A stretch of DNA of 63,541 bases, the filler included, from Reclinomonas americana ATCC 50394 (taxonomy: Eukaryota): the NCBI GenBank assembly GCA_048213135.1. It is 8 parts of 3 records of this genome, joined end to end, with 100 filler letters (N's around TTAATTAATTAA, not from the genome) between each part and the next. Parts side by side here need not be neighbours in the genome. Positions count along the whole stretch, not along the records: positions 12,522 to 29,907 come from PS015604.1; positions 30,008 to 34,857 come from PS015605.1; positions 34,958 to 40,057 come from PS015605.1; 5 more parts are not named here. The stretch is one strand, 5' to 3'. A program made the position numbers and the translations under genes. Shown piece by piece: positions 26,054 to 38,019 of the stretch (within the stretch, counting starts at the first letter, position 1; each line of letters opens with the position of its first letter). The notes beneath the pieces are model-generated. The model saw only the letters and a program-made list of their open reading frames with translations, was not told the DNA's origin and did no database searches.

Positions 26054-26314
26054 ATGAACCTGACGGACAGTGGCCACGCAGCGGCGACCATGGAGCCACC
26101 CATGTCGCCCGGCACCCCCTCGAGTCGTCGACGTCTCAGCGACGGAGTCGCGCGATGTCTGTTTGGCTCACCCGATCCAGCCGAGATGGAGGCGTGGATG
26201 GACGCAGTGGAGGCAGAGGCGGCGCGGGCGTTTGCCGAGCTGCAGGAGCGCTATCGCATTGTCGAGCAGCTGAGTCCGGCACCGCCATCCACTCCGCCGC
26301 CGCAATCGCTGTGA
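26054..26314 (+). CDS. Putative Cip/Kip/KRP-like cyclin-dependent kinase inhibitor (86 aa)
   Basis: ARCLFGSPDPAEMEAWMDAVEAEAARAFAELQERY resembles the CDI domain; several S/T-P sites; intronless. Confidence 0.55.
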   Translation: MNLTDSGHAAATMEPPMSPGTPSSRRRLSDGVARCLFGSPDPAEMEAWMDAVEAEAARAFAELQERYRIVEQLSPAPPSTPPPQSL

Positions 26315-26457
26315 TCGAATGGAAGAGAGAAAAAGAATAGAGAAGGGAAGTAAGAGGGGGGAGGGCACTGAAGTAGAAAAAGAACGAAGAGTGAAAACGT
26401 CGAGCTCGATACGTGGAAAAAAGAGGCGTCCCGACGACGATCGATTTGCATTGCAAC

Positions 26458-27009
26458 ATGGAAAGCCAACGCGACTTTCCCGACCTGGCCGATGGCCTCA
26501 CATATGGTTCACTCCCTGCGTCTGTGCACGCATTCCATCTCCCACACTCTCTCCTCACTTGTCACACACAGAGCTGCGCATGCGAGTGAAACGCGCACGC
26601 AAACTCGCCTTTTTGCAAGTGCTGGCCTCGCAGCGCGACCCCGGCGCAGCCGCAGATAGTGAGGCTGGCGACATGCCACTAGTGGATCGCGCCGGTGGTG
26701 TACTGCACACACTTCTCGACCAGTCAAGTTGCGACGAGAAAGAGAGAGAGGAGATTGTTGCATGCGTGTCATCTTCTTCCTCCTCCCTCACTCCCCTCTG
26801 CAGTTTTGCGACAACTGGCGGCCGGCTCCTCTGCATCGCCTCCTCCTCCACTGGTCGCTCAAGAGGACAACAGTTCCTCGGCTGCATTGCTGAGCTTGGA
26901 GAGACGGCGGGCGCTGCTGCGGCGCGCGGAGAGTGCGAGGGATCCGTGGCGGTACGACTTGGTGCGCGCGGTGGAGGAGAAGGCCGACACCCGGGCCGCG
27001 GGCGAGTGA
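26458..27009 (+). CDS. Small hypothetical protein, 3 exons
   Basis: MESQRDFPDLADGLTYELRMRVKRARKLAFLQVL...RDPWRYDLVRAVEEKADTRAAGE*; two introns with branch points restore the frame. Confidence 0.5.
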
Positions 27010-27157
27010 CCATACGGACGTGCATGTTGGTCATTAGGGCGTTCACTAAGAGGAGGAGGAGGGTCTACGGGGTTGTGCATCGGCGCGGTCGCGCACGAGC
27101 GAGGCTCAAAACTGTGTGGGATGGAGACAAAGGAGATGGAAGCGACTACTACTACTA

Positions 27158-28346
27158 CTATGGATACATATGCGCAGCCATGCGCATCACGCGAGTGCCT
27201 TCGAGGTGGGGAGCGTATCGTTTGACAGTCTCCGCAAACCTGCGTGAAGAAAATGCGCACGGTGAGAGGCGGAGAGACGGAGAGGAAGCGGACCGGGGAT
27301 GGATGAACCATTGAACGAAATCGTGGTGTCCGCGTATCTCGTCGTCGGTCTTGAGTTGCACGCGCAGGAGCAGATCGAGGCTGGCGAGCGGATTGGCGCC
27401 GGCGTTGATGGCCAGCAGCAGCTCGACAGCCTCACGCTGGTACAGCAGTGCGGCAAACTCCATGGCCGTCATGCCGCTGCTGTCGGTGGCGTTGACCTGC
27501 GCGCCGAGACGAACCAGTCGCTCAATGACCGGCGTCTGGTTGGCAATGGCGGCCACCATGAGCGGCGTGCGGCTGCGCACAGGCTCCTCCATGTCCACCG
27601 GGGCGCCGGCGTCGACCAGCAACTGCACCAGCTCCACATGCCCCTCGGCAGCAGCAGCGTGCAGTGGCGTCGACTCGGCGCCCGGAAACGCCGTGTGCAC
27701 ACTGGCGCCATGCTCTTGCACCATGTACCGCACATGATCGTAGTGGCCAGCCACGATCGCAAAGTACAGCGGCGACAAGCCCAGCGTGTGGTTGCACTGC
27801 TCCGGATCGCCGCCGGCCGCGATCAACTCGTACACAATGCGCGAGTCCGGCATGAGCGCCGCCGTCAGCAGCGGCGATCCGCGCGCGCACGAGTCGGCGT
27901 TCGGATCGGCGCCGGCCTTGAGCAGCACGCGCACGGCCTCCAGATGCTGCTGCCGACACGCAGCCAGCAGCGGCGTGGCGCGTCGCACATCAACACCTGT
28001 CTCCGGCAAGCTGTTCGCCTCGGCCGCTGACAACACACATCATCAGCAGCAGTCGACATGAACACGGACGCGCGCGCGCGCGCCACTCACCGACAGAGCG
28101 ATAGACGCGATAGTCCGACACCGCCTCCGTGCTCGCTCCGTGCTTGATCAGCACACTGCACACGTCGGCGTGTCCGTGCCACGCCGCCACAAACAGCAGT
28201 GTCCGCGATGCCGACACCTTCGCATCCAGATTCACCAGTGCCATTGCCGAACCCTGCAACAGCTGATCGACCACACTCGCATCGCCCTTCTCCACGTGTC
28301 GGATCAATAGCTGCAGGAGCGCCGACTTGGACGACACACAACCCAT
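27158..28346 (-). CDS. Ankyrin-repeat protein with N-terminal acylation signal
   Basis: MGCVSSK (myristoyl/palmitoyl-like); multiple TPLHxAA-type repeats; one GT-AG intron. Confidence 0.9.
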
Positions 28347-28766
28347 GCTTCTTCTCTGCGCATACAATGAGGCAATGTGTGAGAAAAGGCGAGGTCGGAA
28401 CAAACACTCATCAAGGCACTGACTCACGCTGCGGGTGGACACGAGTGAGTGTGTGTATGTGTGTCACTGGGTGTGTGCGCGCGCTCGCTGTGAGCGAGAG
28501 GGAAGGGGTGAAGTGACTTGGGACAGACATTGGCCAGCTCCCATTCAAGCGAAAATTCACCATCTCTCTGTGTGTGTCACATGCAACGCGCCCGTGTTCT
28601 CTGCGGCCATCTGCTGCCAGTTGTCGACCAGCGAGTTGTCGAGTGTGCAGTGCAGTTGCATCTCTCCCTCGCTCTCTCTTTCTCTCTTTCTGTTGTTGTG
28701 TCTGACTGTGAGCCCCTCCCCAGTGCACAATGCACCTCGGGCACCTCCACGCTGTCGGCCGAGGAG

Positions 28767-29850
28767 ATGGCGGCGGCGACAGCAGTGGCCACTGAGGATA
28801 TCCCCTCTGATGTGCAGTTGCGTGGCGCTCCTTGTTGAGTGTGCGTGAGTGTGTGAATGTTCGTGTTGATGGGGGGAGGCCATGGTCCAACACACAGAGG
28901 AGAGAACGTATCGGATGATGTGGAGACCGATTTGGCACTGCAAGAGGTCGATGTGGAGTCGTGCATTCACAAGAACGAGGCCACTGGTCGATATGAGATG
29001 GGTGTGATGCCCACAGAGGTCTGCGTCTCTCTCTCTGTGTCACAGTTTGTGTCTCTCTGCGTTGTCGCTCATGCGCATGTCACACAGGTGACCTTTGATC
29101 AAGGCCTCTTTCACATTGTGCGAGTGATTGAACTGGTGAGTGCGTCGTGCACCACTGAACAATTTGGTTTCTATGTTGTGATAATGACAAGTTGGTTGTC
29201 GCTGCATCAGCTCAAGGAGGCCAACAATGATCCAGTGGTGACAGTGGGCATTGCGGGGCCGACAGGTGCCGGAAAGACCACGCTTGCCAACAAGATTGCA
29301 CGGTAATATTGCACTGCTGCAGTGCATGTTGGTGGATGTGTTCGGATCGTTGATTGTGTGTGTGCGCGTGTGCAGCATGTTGGACGGCGTGGTGATTGAC
29401 TTGGCGCACTTTGTCAAGCCGGACTTGGTGTTCCCCGAGGATCCGAGCAGTATCGATGTTGATCGCATTCTGGTGTGTGTGCGCGCGCATCCCTATGTTG
29501 GGGTAATGTTGGCTGACGTGCGCATGCACAGGATACGCTGGAGCGATTGCGACGAGAGGAGTCAGTGACGTTGCCGGTCGCCAACTTTGTGGCGCGCACG
29601 GTCTCTGACAGCAGCGAGAAGTTGTCGCTGACTCGGGGACGCATTGTTATCATTGAGGCGAGTGAGTTGTCTCTTGTGCATGTCTCTCTTCTCGGCTGAC
29701 AGCAGCTGCGATCTGCAGGGTCTCTACGCGCTGCACGATCGCATTCGACCAGTGTTGGATGTGGCCGTGGCCATTGGCGGCGGCGTCCACTACGACCTGG
29801 TGAAGCGCATTTTCAGAGACATGGTGACCACCGAGTCCAGTCAGAAAAAG
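28767..29850 (+). CDS. Uridine-kinase-like / TTM1-TTM2-type protein, 3'-truncated by a spacer
   Basis: TFDQGLFHIVRVIELL..VTVGIAGPTGAGKTT (P-loop)..IIEGLYAL..IGGGVHYDLVKRIFRD; includes a GC-AG intron; start uncertain. Confidence 0.85.
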
Positions 29851-30081
29851 GTCAGTGTGCCATGCCTCCTCCTCCTCTTCCTCCTCCTCCTGTCTCACAC
29901 TTCTTGGNNNNNNNNNNNNNNNNNNNNNNNNNNNNNNNNNNNNNNNNNNNNTTAATTAATTAANNNNNNNNNNNNNNNNNNNNNNNNNNNNNNNNNNNNN
30001 NNNNNNNCGAAAGAGAGGGAAAGAACACAATAAGATTCCCACTGCGAAGAGCAGCTTGACGGGGTACGACATGCACGCAAC

Positions 30082-33000
30082 ACTTCCTCGAATCGCGGAT
30101 TCAACATGCGGATGCCGACAGGCTTGTGTGCTTGCAGAGTGAGTGGCACGCGACGACCGCCCACCGCATCCACTGTTGCTTGCACAGTCGTCACGAAATC
30201 CTCAATCAAGCTCTGCACGCATGTACGTACATGAGCAACACGAGAAATACTCTCCACCCTCCTACAGCATGCGGACACACCTTGGTGGCCGAGGGCGTGC
30301 TGACTTGCTCGCCGAAATGTCGCAGCATGGCCAGGAGTGGTGTCATCAACTCAGGCAGCATGGACGACTGGCGCTGCTGGTGGCAAAACACTTTGAACAC
30401 CGACAGCAGCACGTGGAACACGCCAAGCCTGCACCCGACGATCAACAAATCAAACGCCCAAGTGCGACACACGCATTTGCACACATACCGAGTGGAGTTG
30501 TCGGGAGAGGCCGTCACCAAGTCACTGCCGTCCAGGTCCCCAGACAAGGAGAACGAACGAGCATTTGTCTTTCTCGGTACCGTTGTCACATCTGCATAGA
30601 GTCAATATCGCGTCAGCGGTCCACGTGAACATCGATATCACTCAATCACAAGCGCGCACCAACAAGATCCGTCATCGAGCCAGGAGCCACGGCCTCGGTG
30701 ATGGAGTATGCCACCGATGGACGGGGCTTTCGCAGTGCTGCTGCCAGCGTGCTCGACAAGAACGAATACACCTCCGGGGCATAGCGCTCCGACACGACAG
30801 TGTACTGTGCATGCCAGTGGTGAGACTCCACAGCATGTGTGAGAGGAAGAATACCGCAGCAGACCTGCAGGAAGACTTGAACGAGAGCCAGTCCGCGGAG
30901 TACATCGCGCACACTGCGCACCGGCGACTGCGCCAGAATCTGGCCCATCAGCAACTGTGCCGGCGTGCCGACTGGGTGCCGGTAGTCGAGTACGGAGAAG
31001 AGCGAGCCAATCAGCTGGAACCAGCAAATGTCACCAAACGAGCACCACGCGTCTCCCGTTCGCAACCGCTCTGTGAATTCCTCGTACAGAACGTGCAACT
31101 GTCTGCGTGCGCGCTTCAGCGCCATATTCGGATGCATCACGCACAACTGGTACATCAGTGAGGTGAAGTGGTTGAGCTCAGCTGGCGTCGCGCGCACGGC
31201 TTTCGTGTCCTCCTCGTCAAAGTAGAACAACGCATTGGCGTGGTAGCGGAACAGCACGCTGAGCAGTTTGCACAGTCGATCCTTGTTGCCGACGGCCAGT
31301 GAAGGATGCGTGCATTTCATGATGCGATCCAGGATCTGTGCACAAGCGACGAGTTGAGTGCCGCAGTGCAAGAGAGAGTGCATAGGGAAGAGAGACAGAC
31401 ACACACCAACACACGCTGCGCTGGCGTCCTTCCGTCCATCAACTCGGCCATTGCTTCCACATCCTGTGGTGCCGGTATCACAAACGGAATATCGTCATCT
31501 ACCGATGGCGCCCCTGATGCTGCACCTGCCGCCTTCTTCTTGTTCTTCTTCGTGGTCGCCGCCGTGTCCTTCTCTTCAGCGGCTTTCTTCTCACGCCGAC
31601 GTCTCCTCTTGGCATCATCATCCTCGTCCTCATCCTCCTCGTCCTTGTCACTGGCGTCCGAGTCCGCGTCGTCGTCGTCGTCAAATGCCTTGGACCCATC
31701 GTGAAACTCCACCTCCTCATCTTCGTCCTCCGCATCCTCCTCGGTGCCGCCTCCGGTCTTGCGGAGCTGCTCTTGCTTCTTCTTCTCGCGCTTCAGTTGG
31801 CGCTGCTCGCGCTTCAGACGCTTGCGTTCCTTGCGGTCCAGCTTGGCAGCCGCTGGCGCCAGAGTGCCGTCGGCACCAAAGCCATCCTCATCGTCGTCCG
31901 AGTGCGCGTCAGCCGATGGACGCGCCGACGACGACTTGCGCAAGTCACTGGCCGTCACTGAAGAGGGGAAACAAAGGAGAGAGTGAGCGCGGGAATGCGG
32001 AGAATCCTGTGCCAATAACACGCACCAACAAGGTTGCCGGGCACAGCACGCAAGTCGTCATGGTCGTCGCCAGTGTTCGCTGCAGCGGCGCCGCCGCCCG
32101 AGCCGGATGCCATGCGTCGACGGCGTCCCGCCTCGAGCTGCTCCAAGCGCGCAACCTCCTCTGCCGCCAGCTCGTCCTCTGTCTTGACACGATTCGCCGC
32201 CTGTGCCTTCTCCTCGCGCTGCACGTCCTCGCTCAGCAACTTGGTCAGCTGGTCGAACGCGTCGTACTCGTCCAGTTCCTCCTCGTCCACCACCTTCTTG
32301 CCCTTGAGCTTGCTCGTCTTGGCTGCAGCCTGCGAGTCGTTGAGCGGAACATCATTCGCACCGGTGCCTGCCGTATCCTTCTTCTTCTTCGGAATCATCG
32401 ACGGTGCAAGCAGCTTGCGAATGTCGTTGAACTGCGCATCAAGATCCATGATGGAGTCCTCTCTCGCGGCACGCTCTGTGCCACACAGAATACACACGCA
32501 CGCAATCAGACTCGTGCGTGCGCGTCCGTGCGTGTGCGGCAAAAAACAAGAGCACCAACCTTTGCGACGCTCGCCGCGATACATCTTGCTCTTGGCGACA
32601 ATCTCCGCGTACACCTCCGCCTTGGTCTTTTTCCGTGCCGGTTGGTCGTCGTCCCCGCTGCTTGCGCCACTGCCCTCACCGCTGTCGCCCTCACGCGGTC
32701 GCTTCCGACGCTCACCACCACCACCACCACCGAAATGGTGCTCGTCGACAATACGCTCGTCAATGGCGCCTGCACTGGCATCGCTGTCGTCGTCGTCCGA
32801 GTCGCGAATGTCGATGCGATCGAGACTGCGCACCGGCTTGCCACCGTGCGTCATGGTGAAGAAGCTGCTCGAACCTCCAAGAGCTGCAGAAGAGAGTTAA
32901 CAGGGGGAGGTATGGAGAGAGACTGACGGGGATAGGTGAAGCCGCAACTGGAAGGTCCGCCATCGGCATCGTCCGAGTCGTCATCGTCCACGGCAAAGGC

Positions 33001-33848
33001 GGCAGCCTTGCGTGCCTGTCGCGTACGCTCGCGCTGCAGGCGGCGAAGCATCTTGTCTTCTTCAGACATGTTGCGATTGCGCTCGCCAATGCGACGATCG
33101 ACAAACGCGTTGGCCGAGCCCCTGTGGTTGGCGAAGAGTGAGGAAGTGAGGAAGTGGGAAAGGGCGATGGGTGGGAAGGAGTGAGAAAGCGTGCGGAAGT
33201 GTGAGGAAGTGAGATAAAGAGAGTGCAAGTGAGAAAGTGCGTTGGGAGGAGTGGGAAAGGGCGGCGAGGAGTGGAAAGGGCGAGGAGAAGTGTGAGAAAG
33301 AGAGCAGAGTGTGTGGAAGAGTGCGGAAGTGTGTGAAGGTGTGTGAAAGTGTGTGGAAGTGTGTGGAAGTGTGTGGAAGTGTGTGGAAGTGTGAGAAAGA
33401 GAGTGGAAGTGTGCGCAAGTGCGTGCAAGTGACTGCTTCACTGCATCGATGTCAGTATGTCTCCCGTTCCGTCTGTCTCCCTCTCTCTCTCTCCCTCTCT
33501 CTCCGACGCAACATGTGCTTCAGTTCGACGGCGAGCGTCTTGCGTCGGATCTCGTTGCCGCGATCCCTCCGCTGCGCCACATTTAGCGGCTGTTGAGTCA
33601 CCGGATCCACAGGCAAGCCGCGAGTCTGTCCCACCGCGGGAAAGTTGCGACGAGACACCACACGATCAAAGGCGGTGCCTGCACGGGCAAAAGAGTTGCG
33701 CGTGTTATGTGCACATGCACATCACCAAGTGGAGGACATGGCCACACAACGCACCTTGTGGCTGGGTCTTGGTGGAGGCTGTGCCACCGCCAGAAGAGCG
33801 GCGATCCACCACTTTGGCCAGCTTGGCTCGTTGTGTGCTCCTGCCCAT
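30082..33848 (-). CDS. NOP14: Nucleolar protein 14 (SSU processome), 3'-partial
   Basis: NAFVDRRIGE..EEDKMLRRLQRER; MTHGGK; KTKAEVYAEIVAKSK; DRIMKCTHPSLAVGNK; DYRHPVGTPA; NPRFEE. Confidence 0.93.
33311..33420. repeat. Degenerate tandem repeat (GTGTGGAAGT)n inside a ~390-nt NOP14 intron
   Basis: Several perfect 10-mers at ~33351-33390 with decayed copies on both sides. Confidence 0.85.
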
Positions 33849-34008
33849 CTGCGAGAGTGCGTGATGTGACTGACTTCACGTGTCCTGTCGACATAGTTGT
33901 GTGGGTGTGAGTGATGGATTGTGCGTAAGCAGCTCAGGAGTCGGCAGTGTACTGCTCAACTGTGTCTTTGTCGGTGATGAAACAAAAAAAGGGTTCGACG
34001 TCGCACTC

Positions 34009-34025
34009 TCGACATCGACATCGAC
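34009..34025. promoter_or_regulatory. TCGACATCGACATCGAC motif upstream of NOP14
   Basis: Overlapping double copy ~160 nt upstream of the NOP14 ATG. Confidence 0.4.
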
Positions 34026-34113
34026 GTCGTGACAAGATTGCTTTAAAAGACGGACTATGCATTCATTATGTCAAAAAGTGGCGCTTTCAGAGCAAGCGCA
34101 TGCGGTGCTCTTG

Positions 34114-34326
34114 TCACCGGCCACGACCGCGGCCACCGCCACCGGGACCAATGTTCACGTTGATGTTGGTGGAGCCATTGGAGATGTTTCGGCTGACGGC
34201 GTTCACCAGAGGCCGGACGACGTTGACATTAGCCGAGCGGGCGGCGTTGCAGAGCTGTCGGCCGCACGAGTTGCCAGGCGCGGAGGTCGTGTTCGCTCGA
34301 CCGCAATACGGGCAGCTGTAGTTCAT
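34114..34326 (-). CDS. Small 70-aa ORF (CxxC...CxxxxC, Asn-rich, RG tail)
   Basis: ccaccATG context; MNYSCPYCGRANTTSAPGNSCGRQLCNAARSANVNVVRPLVNAVSRNISNGSTNINVNIGPGGGGRGRGR*; could instead be the tail of the upstream gene. Confidence 0.5.
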   Translation of the reverse strand: MNYSCPYCGRANTTSAPGNSCGRQLCNAARSANVNVVRPLVNAVSRNISNGSTNINVNIGPGGGGRGRGR

Positions 34327-34492
34327 GGTGGTTGTTGGAGTTGTTGAGGGCCTTGTTGAGATGAGATTGTCTGCTCTCCAGCAAAGGTAGAAAATTGTTG
34401 TCTGGCCGCCAGATCCGCCACGTCTTCTTTTTATGGCCCACCAGTGAGCCGGCTGACAGGTTTTTGCAACGAAACCGAACCCGACAGCAGCC

Positions 34493-37400
34493 TCATTTAG
34501 CACTTTGTGTACATTCGGCACCGAATTCAGCAGACAGTGTGTCCACGGAGGGGTGTCACCGTGGATCAGAGGCCAGCAGGAACACCATGGCATCTTCCGA
34601 GTTTCCAGAAGTGTTCTGCAGCAGCGACATCGATGAAAAAAACTCGTCAGTGAAAAAAATCCTGTCAAGCAAAAACAAAAGCAGCGAGTCGCTCACCGCC
34701 AGCGTCAGCGTGTCCATCGGGTGGATCTTCCACGGCAATAGGTAATCCTTCAACATGGAACACATGACATTGCACCGCCGCAAGGTAACGCACACCGAGA
34801 TGGTCGGTGGGGTGTCCTGGGGGAAATGAAGAAGGATGAGCGATTTCTCTTTCGGAGNNNNNNNNNNNNNNNNNNNNNNNNNNNNNNNNNNNNNNNNNNN
34901 NTTAATTAATTAANNNNNNNNNNNNNNNNNNNNNNNNNNNNNNNNNNNNNNNNNNNNAAATCCTGTCAAGCAAAAACAAAAGCAGCGAGTCGCTCACCGC
35001 CAGCGTCAGCGTGTCCATCGGGTGGATCTTCCACGGCAATAGGTAATCCTTCAACATGGAACACATGACATTGCACCGCCGCAAGGTAACGCACACCGAG
35101 ATGGTCGGTGGGGTGTCCTGGGGGAAATGAAGAAGGATGAGCGATTTCTCTTTCGGAGAACCGCATACACACAGAAGCAACGCAACTGGCATCAACCACA
35201 GCTGCTGCAGTCCATTCAGCTCAAACATGGCCTCGTATGTGCGCTGTGATGCCAGCTGATCCAAGTCCACTGTGACAGAGGCCTCGCCCACCGACTTGTC
35301 CTGCGTGGGATGCGAGTGAGCTCCAGATTCCCTGCAGCGATGACGCAGTGGAAATCAAACCAACCGTTCGGCGAATGGTGACTGTGAGGCTCTCCAACTC
35401 CTCGAACAGCATCGGCAAGAACGACTCGTGGCACACGATAAAGTACTGATCGTTGCTTTCGACAATCAGCGGGCCGGGCATGTACAGAGAGCACTGTAGC
35501 GGGTGGGAAGCAAACGAGTAAGCAACAGTGACAGCAGCAACAACAGGGGGCTGTGAAAAGACGCAACACTGTGAGCCATGCGGGGCCACTCGGCCAGCTT
35601 GTACGCCACCTCCCATGTGCTGTCGAGCTCAATCTTCATGCCGTGCAGCGAGTTGATCTGCGCACCAATGACACTTCAGTTCGACATGCCCACATGACAT
35701 GCGCAAGCACCGACGCTCTCACCTGCACGCCGATCGAGTACAGTTGGTAGCCCTTCAGTACGTCGGGGCGATGGCGTGCTGTGCGCGCCGTTTCGGTGCC
35801 GCGCACCAGACGTGACGGCTGCGGTTGCTCCTCCGTCTTGGCTGTGTGCGTGTGACAATGCACCAGTCAGACAGAGAGTACATTGACAAGGGAGCAGCAC
35901 GTCACGAAACGTTCTGGTCTAGGAGTGACAATGTTGAACGCCTCACGCAGGTTTTCATCCTCCTGTGGCACTGTTGTGAGCATGCGCGAGAAGCCAAGGG
36001 TGGGATATGACACACTCGCTGCTCACCGTCTTTTGCGTTGACTTGGAGCTCTTCCACGCGATTTCTGCAACATCCGCTCACCGTGTCAACACCTCTGCGA
36101 TCACAATGAAGATGCAACGAAACAAACAGAGACGCAACGGCGAGTGGAAGGTCCTGGCCCAAAGCCAGTTCCGATCTCCAGGGAGCGCATCGGTGACAGG
36201 GCGCGTGTGATCGACCCTGCAGCTGGCGTGTCAGTACAGAAGAGAGAGAGAGAGAGAAAGGCAAGCACAAGACAAGAGCGACGAAACGTGCAGAGGTGAA
36301 GGACGACGGGGAGCGACTGCGAGCCACGGATCCTGGCCGGGCCGCCGACGCGTTGAGGCAACTGCCAATCGGCAGCGTGGCCTTTTCTCGCAACTCTTCC
36401 TTGTCAGGCAACAAGTCGATCCACTGGCACCAGCAGGATGGTGAGTCACGAGTACACTTTCTCTCGTCAGGAGACAGACGAACCTCGTCAGGAAGCGGCT
36501 CGGCATAAAAGTAGTCAATGGGTGGCAGATAGATTTGACCAAACTGCTCCAGATGCATGTCCGACGTGTCGATCACACTGCTGCAAGAGAACGCAATGGT
36601 GCCCTGCATAACGCGGTGAGTAACGAATCGCTGAAGGGGCTGTGGAAGGGTGACGACAAGGGCACCTTGAGCGTGGCCATGTCAAACAAATCCGACGATA
36701 ATATCTGCTGGTAGTCGAGCTTGTCGAGCAGTCCGCTGACAAACTGGCCAAGCGAGAGAGCCACACGGCCGACCACTTCACCATTGGCCGTCTCCAGCGT
36801 CACAGGAATATCCTGCAGCGATAGAGAGTGAGCGGTCTCTCACCACTTTTGCACAACAGAGGCCACAGTACGCTACGAACCCTCTGATCACGCAAGAACT
36901 GCACAAAGTCCTGGTGACTGTTGACGAAAAAGTGATACACGCGGAGCTTGCCCACCGGCACAATCTTGCGATCGCGCACCGGTCCGTCGGACGGTGTCAG
37001 CACTGACCATAAACACAACCGTGCGCGCGTGAGACGAATCGTTACAAGCGCAAATGCCGCACGAATGAGAAGGGAGAGACGCAACAGGAGTCCGAAGCGC
37101 TGTGGCGAGGCGGCATCGGCAGCGTTCCGCCAATGTCTTCGACACTGTGGGGCGTGGAGGCAATTTTGAGAAACACGCATGGAGAAAGGAAGTGGCGGCG
37201 CGAACTCGACGTACCACTCGCGCAAGCTGACTTTGAAGGGCGAGTTCAATGCGTGCACATTCAACGAGAACTCGGTCTCATCAATCGCAGCCGACACGCC
37301 GCGCAGCTCAAACAGCACCACCACCATGCGGTACAGAATGAGCTTGGAGGGGCGGCGACGATCTTCGAGAGTGAGCGCATTCTTGGTGTCCGCTGCGACG

Positions 37401-37611
37401 ATGGTCACCAACGTGAGCGAGCGAGGCAATTGCTGTGCGAGGCGACAATGGCACGAAACCTCTTCTCGTGGACTTGGAGCCACGCTCACGCAGCACAAAG
37501 GTGTCGCTCTTGTTCTCGATGACCGCCTGTGCCGACACGGGCACACCAATGGCACGAGCAAACTGCACCTCCAGCTCCGCCAGTCGCTCCTCAACCTTGT
37601 ACACATCATAA
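34493..37611 (-). CDS. Multi-exon protein of unknown function with beta-rich (C2-like) segments; 5' end in a gap, 3' end uncertain
   Basis: Spliced exons such as YRMVVVLFELRGV, VVGRVALSLGQF, IYLPPIDYFYAEPLPDEWIDLL. Confidence 0.6.
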
Positions 37612-37643
37612 CTGCGCACAGCTCGCCGTCTTCAGCACAGGCC

Positions 37644-37645
<2 letters not shown>

Positions 37646-37735
<90 letters not shown>
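37646..37735. repeat. (CA)n microsatellite
   Basis: Direct observation. Confidence 0.95.
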
Positions 37736-37738
<3 letters not shown>

Positions 37739-38019
37739 CGACGACGACGGTACGGTACGTACGTACCGTAACCGTAACCTACTACTACGTACGACGACGA
37801 CGTACGACGACGTACGTACGTACGGACGACGACGACGTACGTACGTCGTACNNNNNNNNNNNNNNNNNNNNNNNNNNNNNNNNNNNNNNNNNNNNNNNNN
37901 NNNNNNNNNNNNNNNNNNNNNNNNNNNNNNNNNNNNNNNNNNNNNNNNNNNNNNNNNAGTGTGTGACTGACACACACACACACGCACTGACTGTCTGACT
38001 CACACTCTGGCACTCGCAG

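Noticed and set aside
32888..32948. Possible additional GTTGCGG donor in NOP14
   Set aside because: A downstream GTCAGT donor has the same phase, so the case is ambiguous and was not counted
34657..35158. Perfect 201-bp direct repeat (34657-34857 = 34958-35158)
   Set aside because: It flanks a linker exactly, so it is an unmerged contig overlap rather than an exon duplication
37736..37851. Odd ACG/TACG/GTAC quasi-periodic sequence (also 39971-40057 and 1-15)
   Set aside because: Occurs at read ends after long dinucleotide runs and follows a TACG flow pattern, typical of pyrosequencing noise; not telomeric or CRISPR
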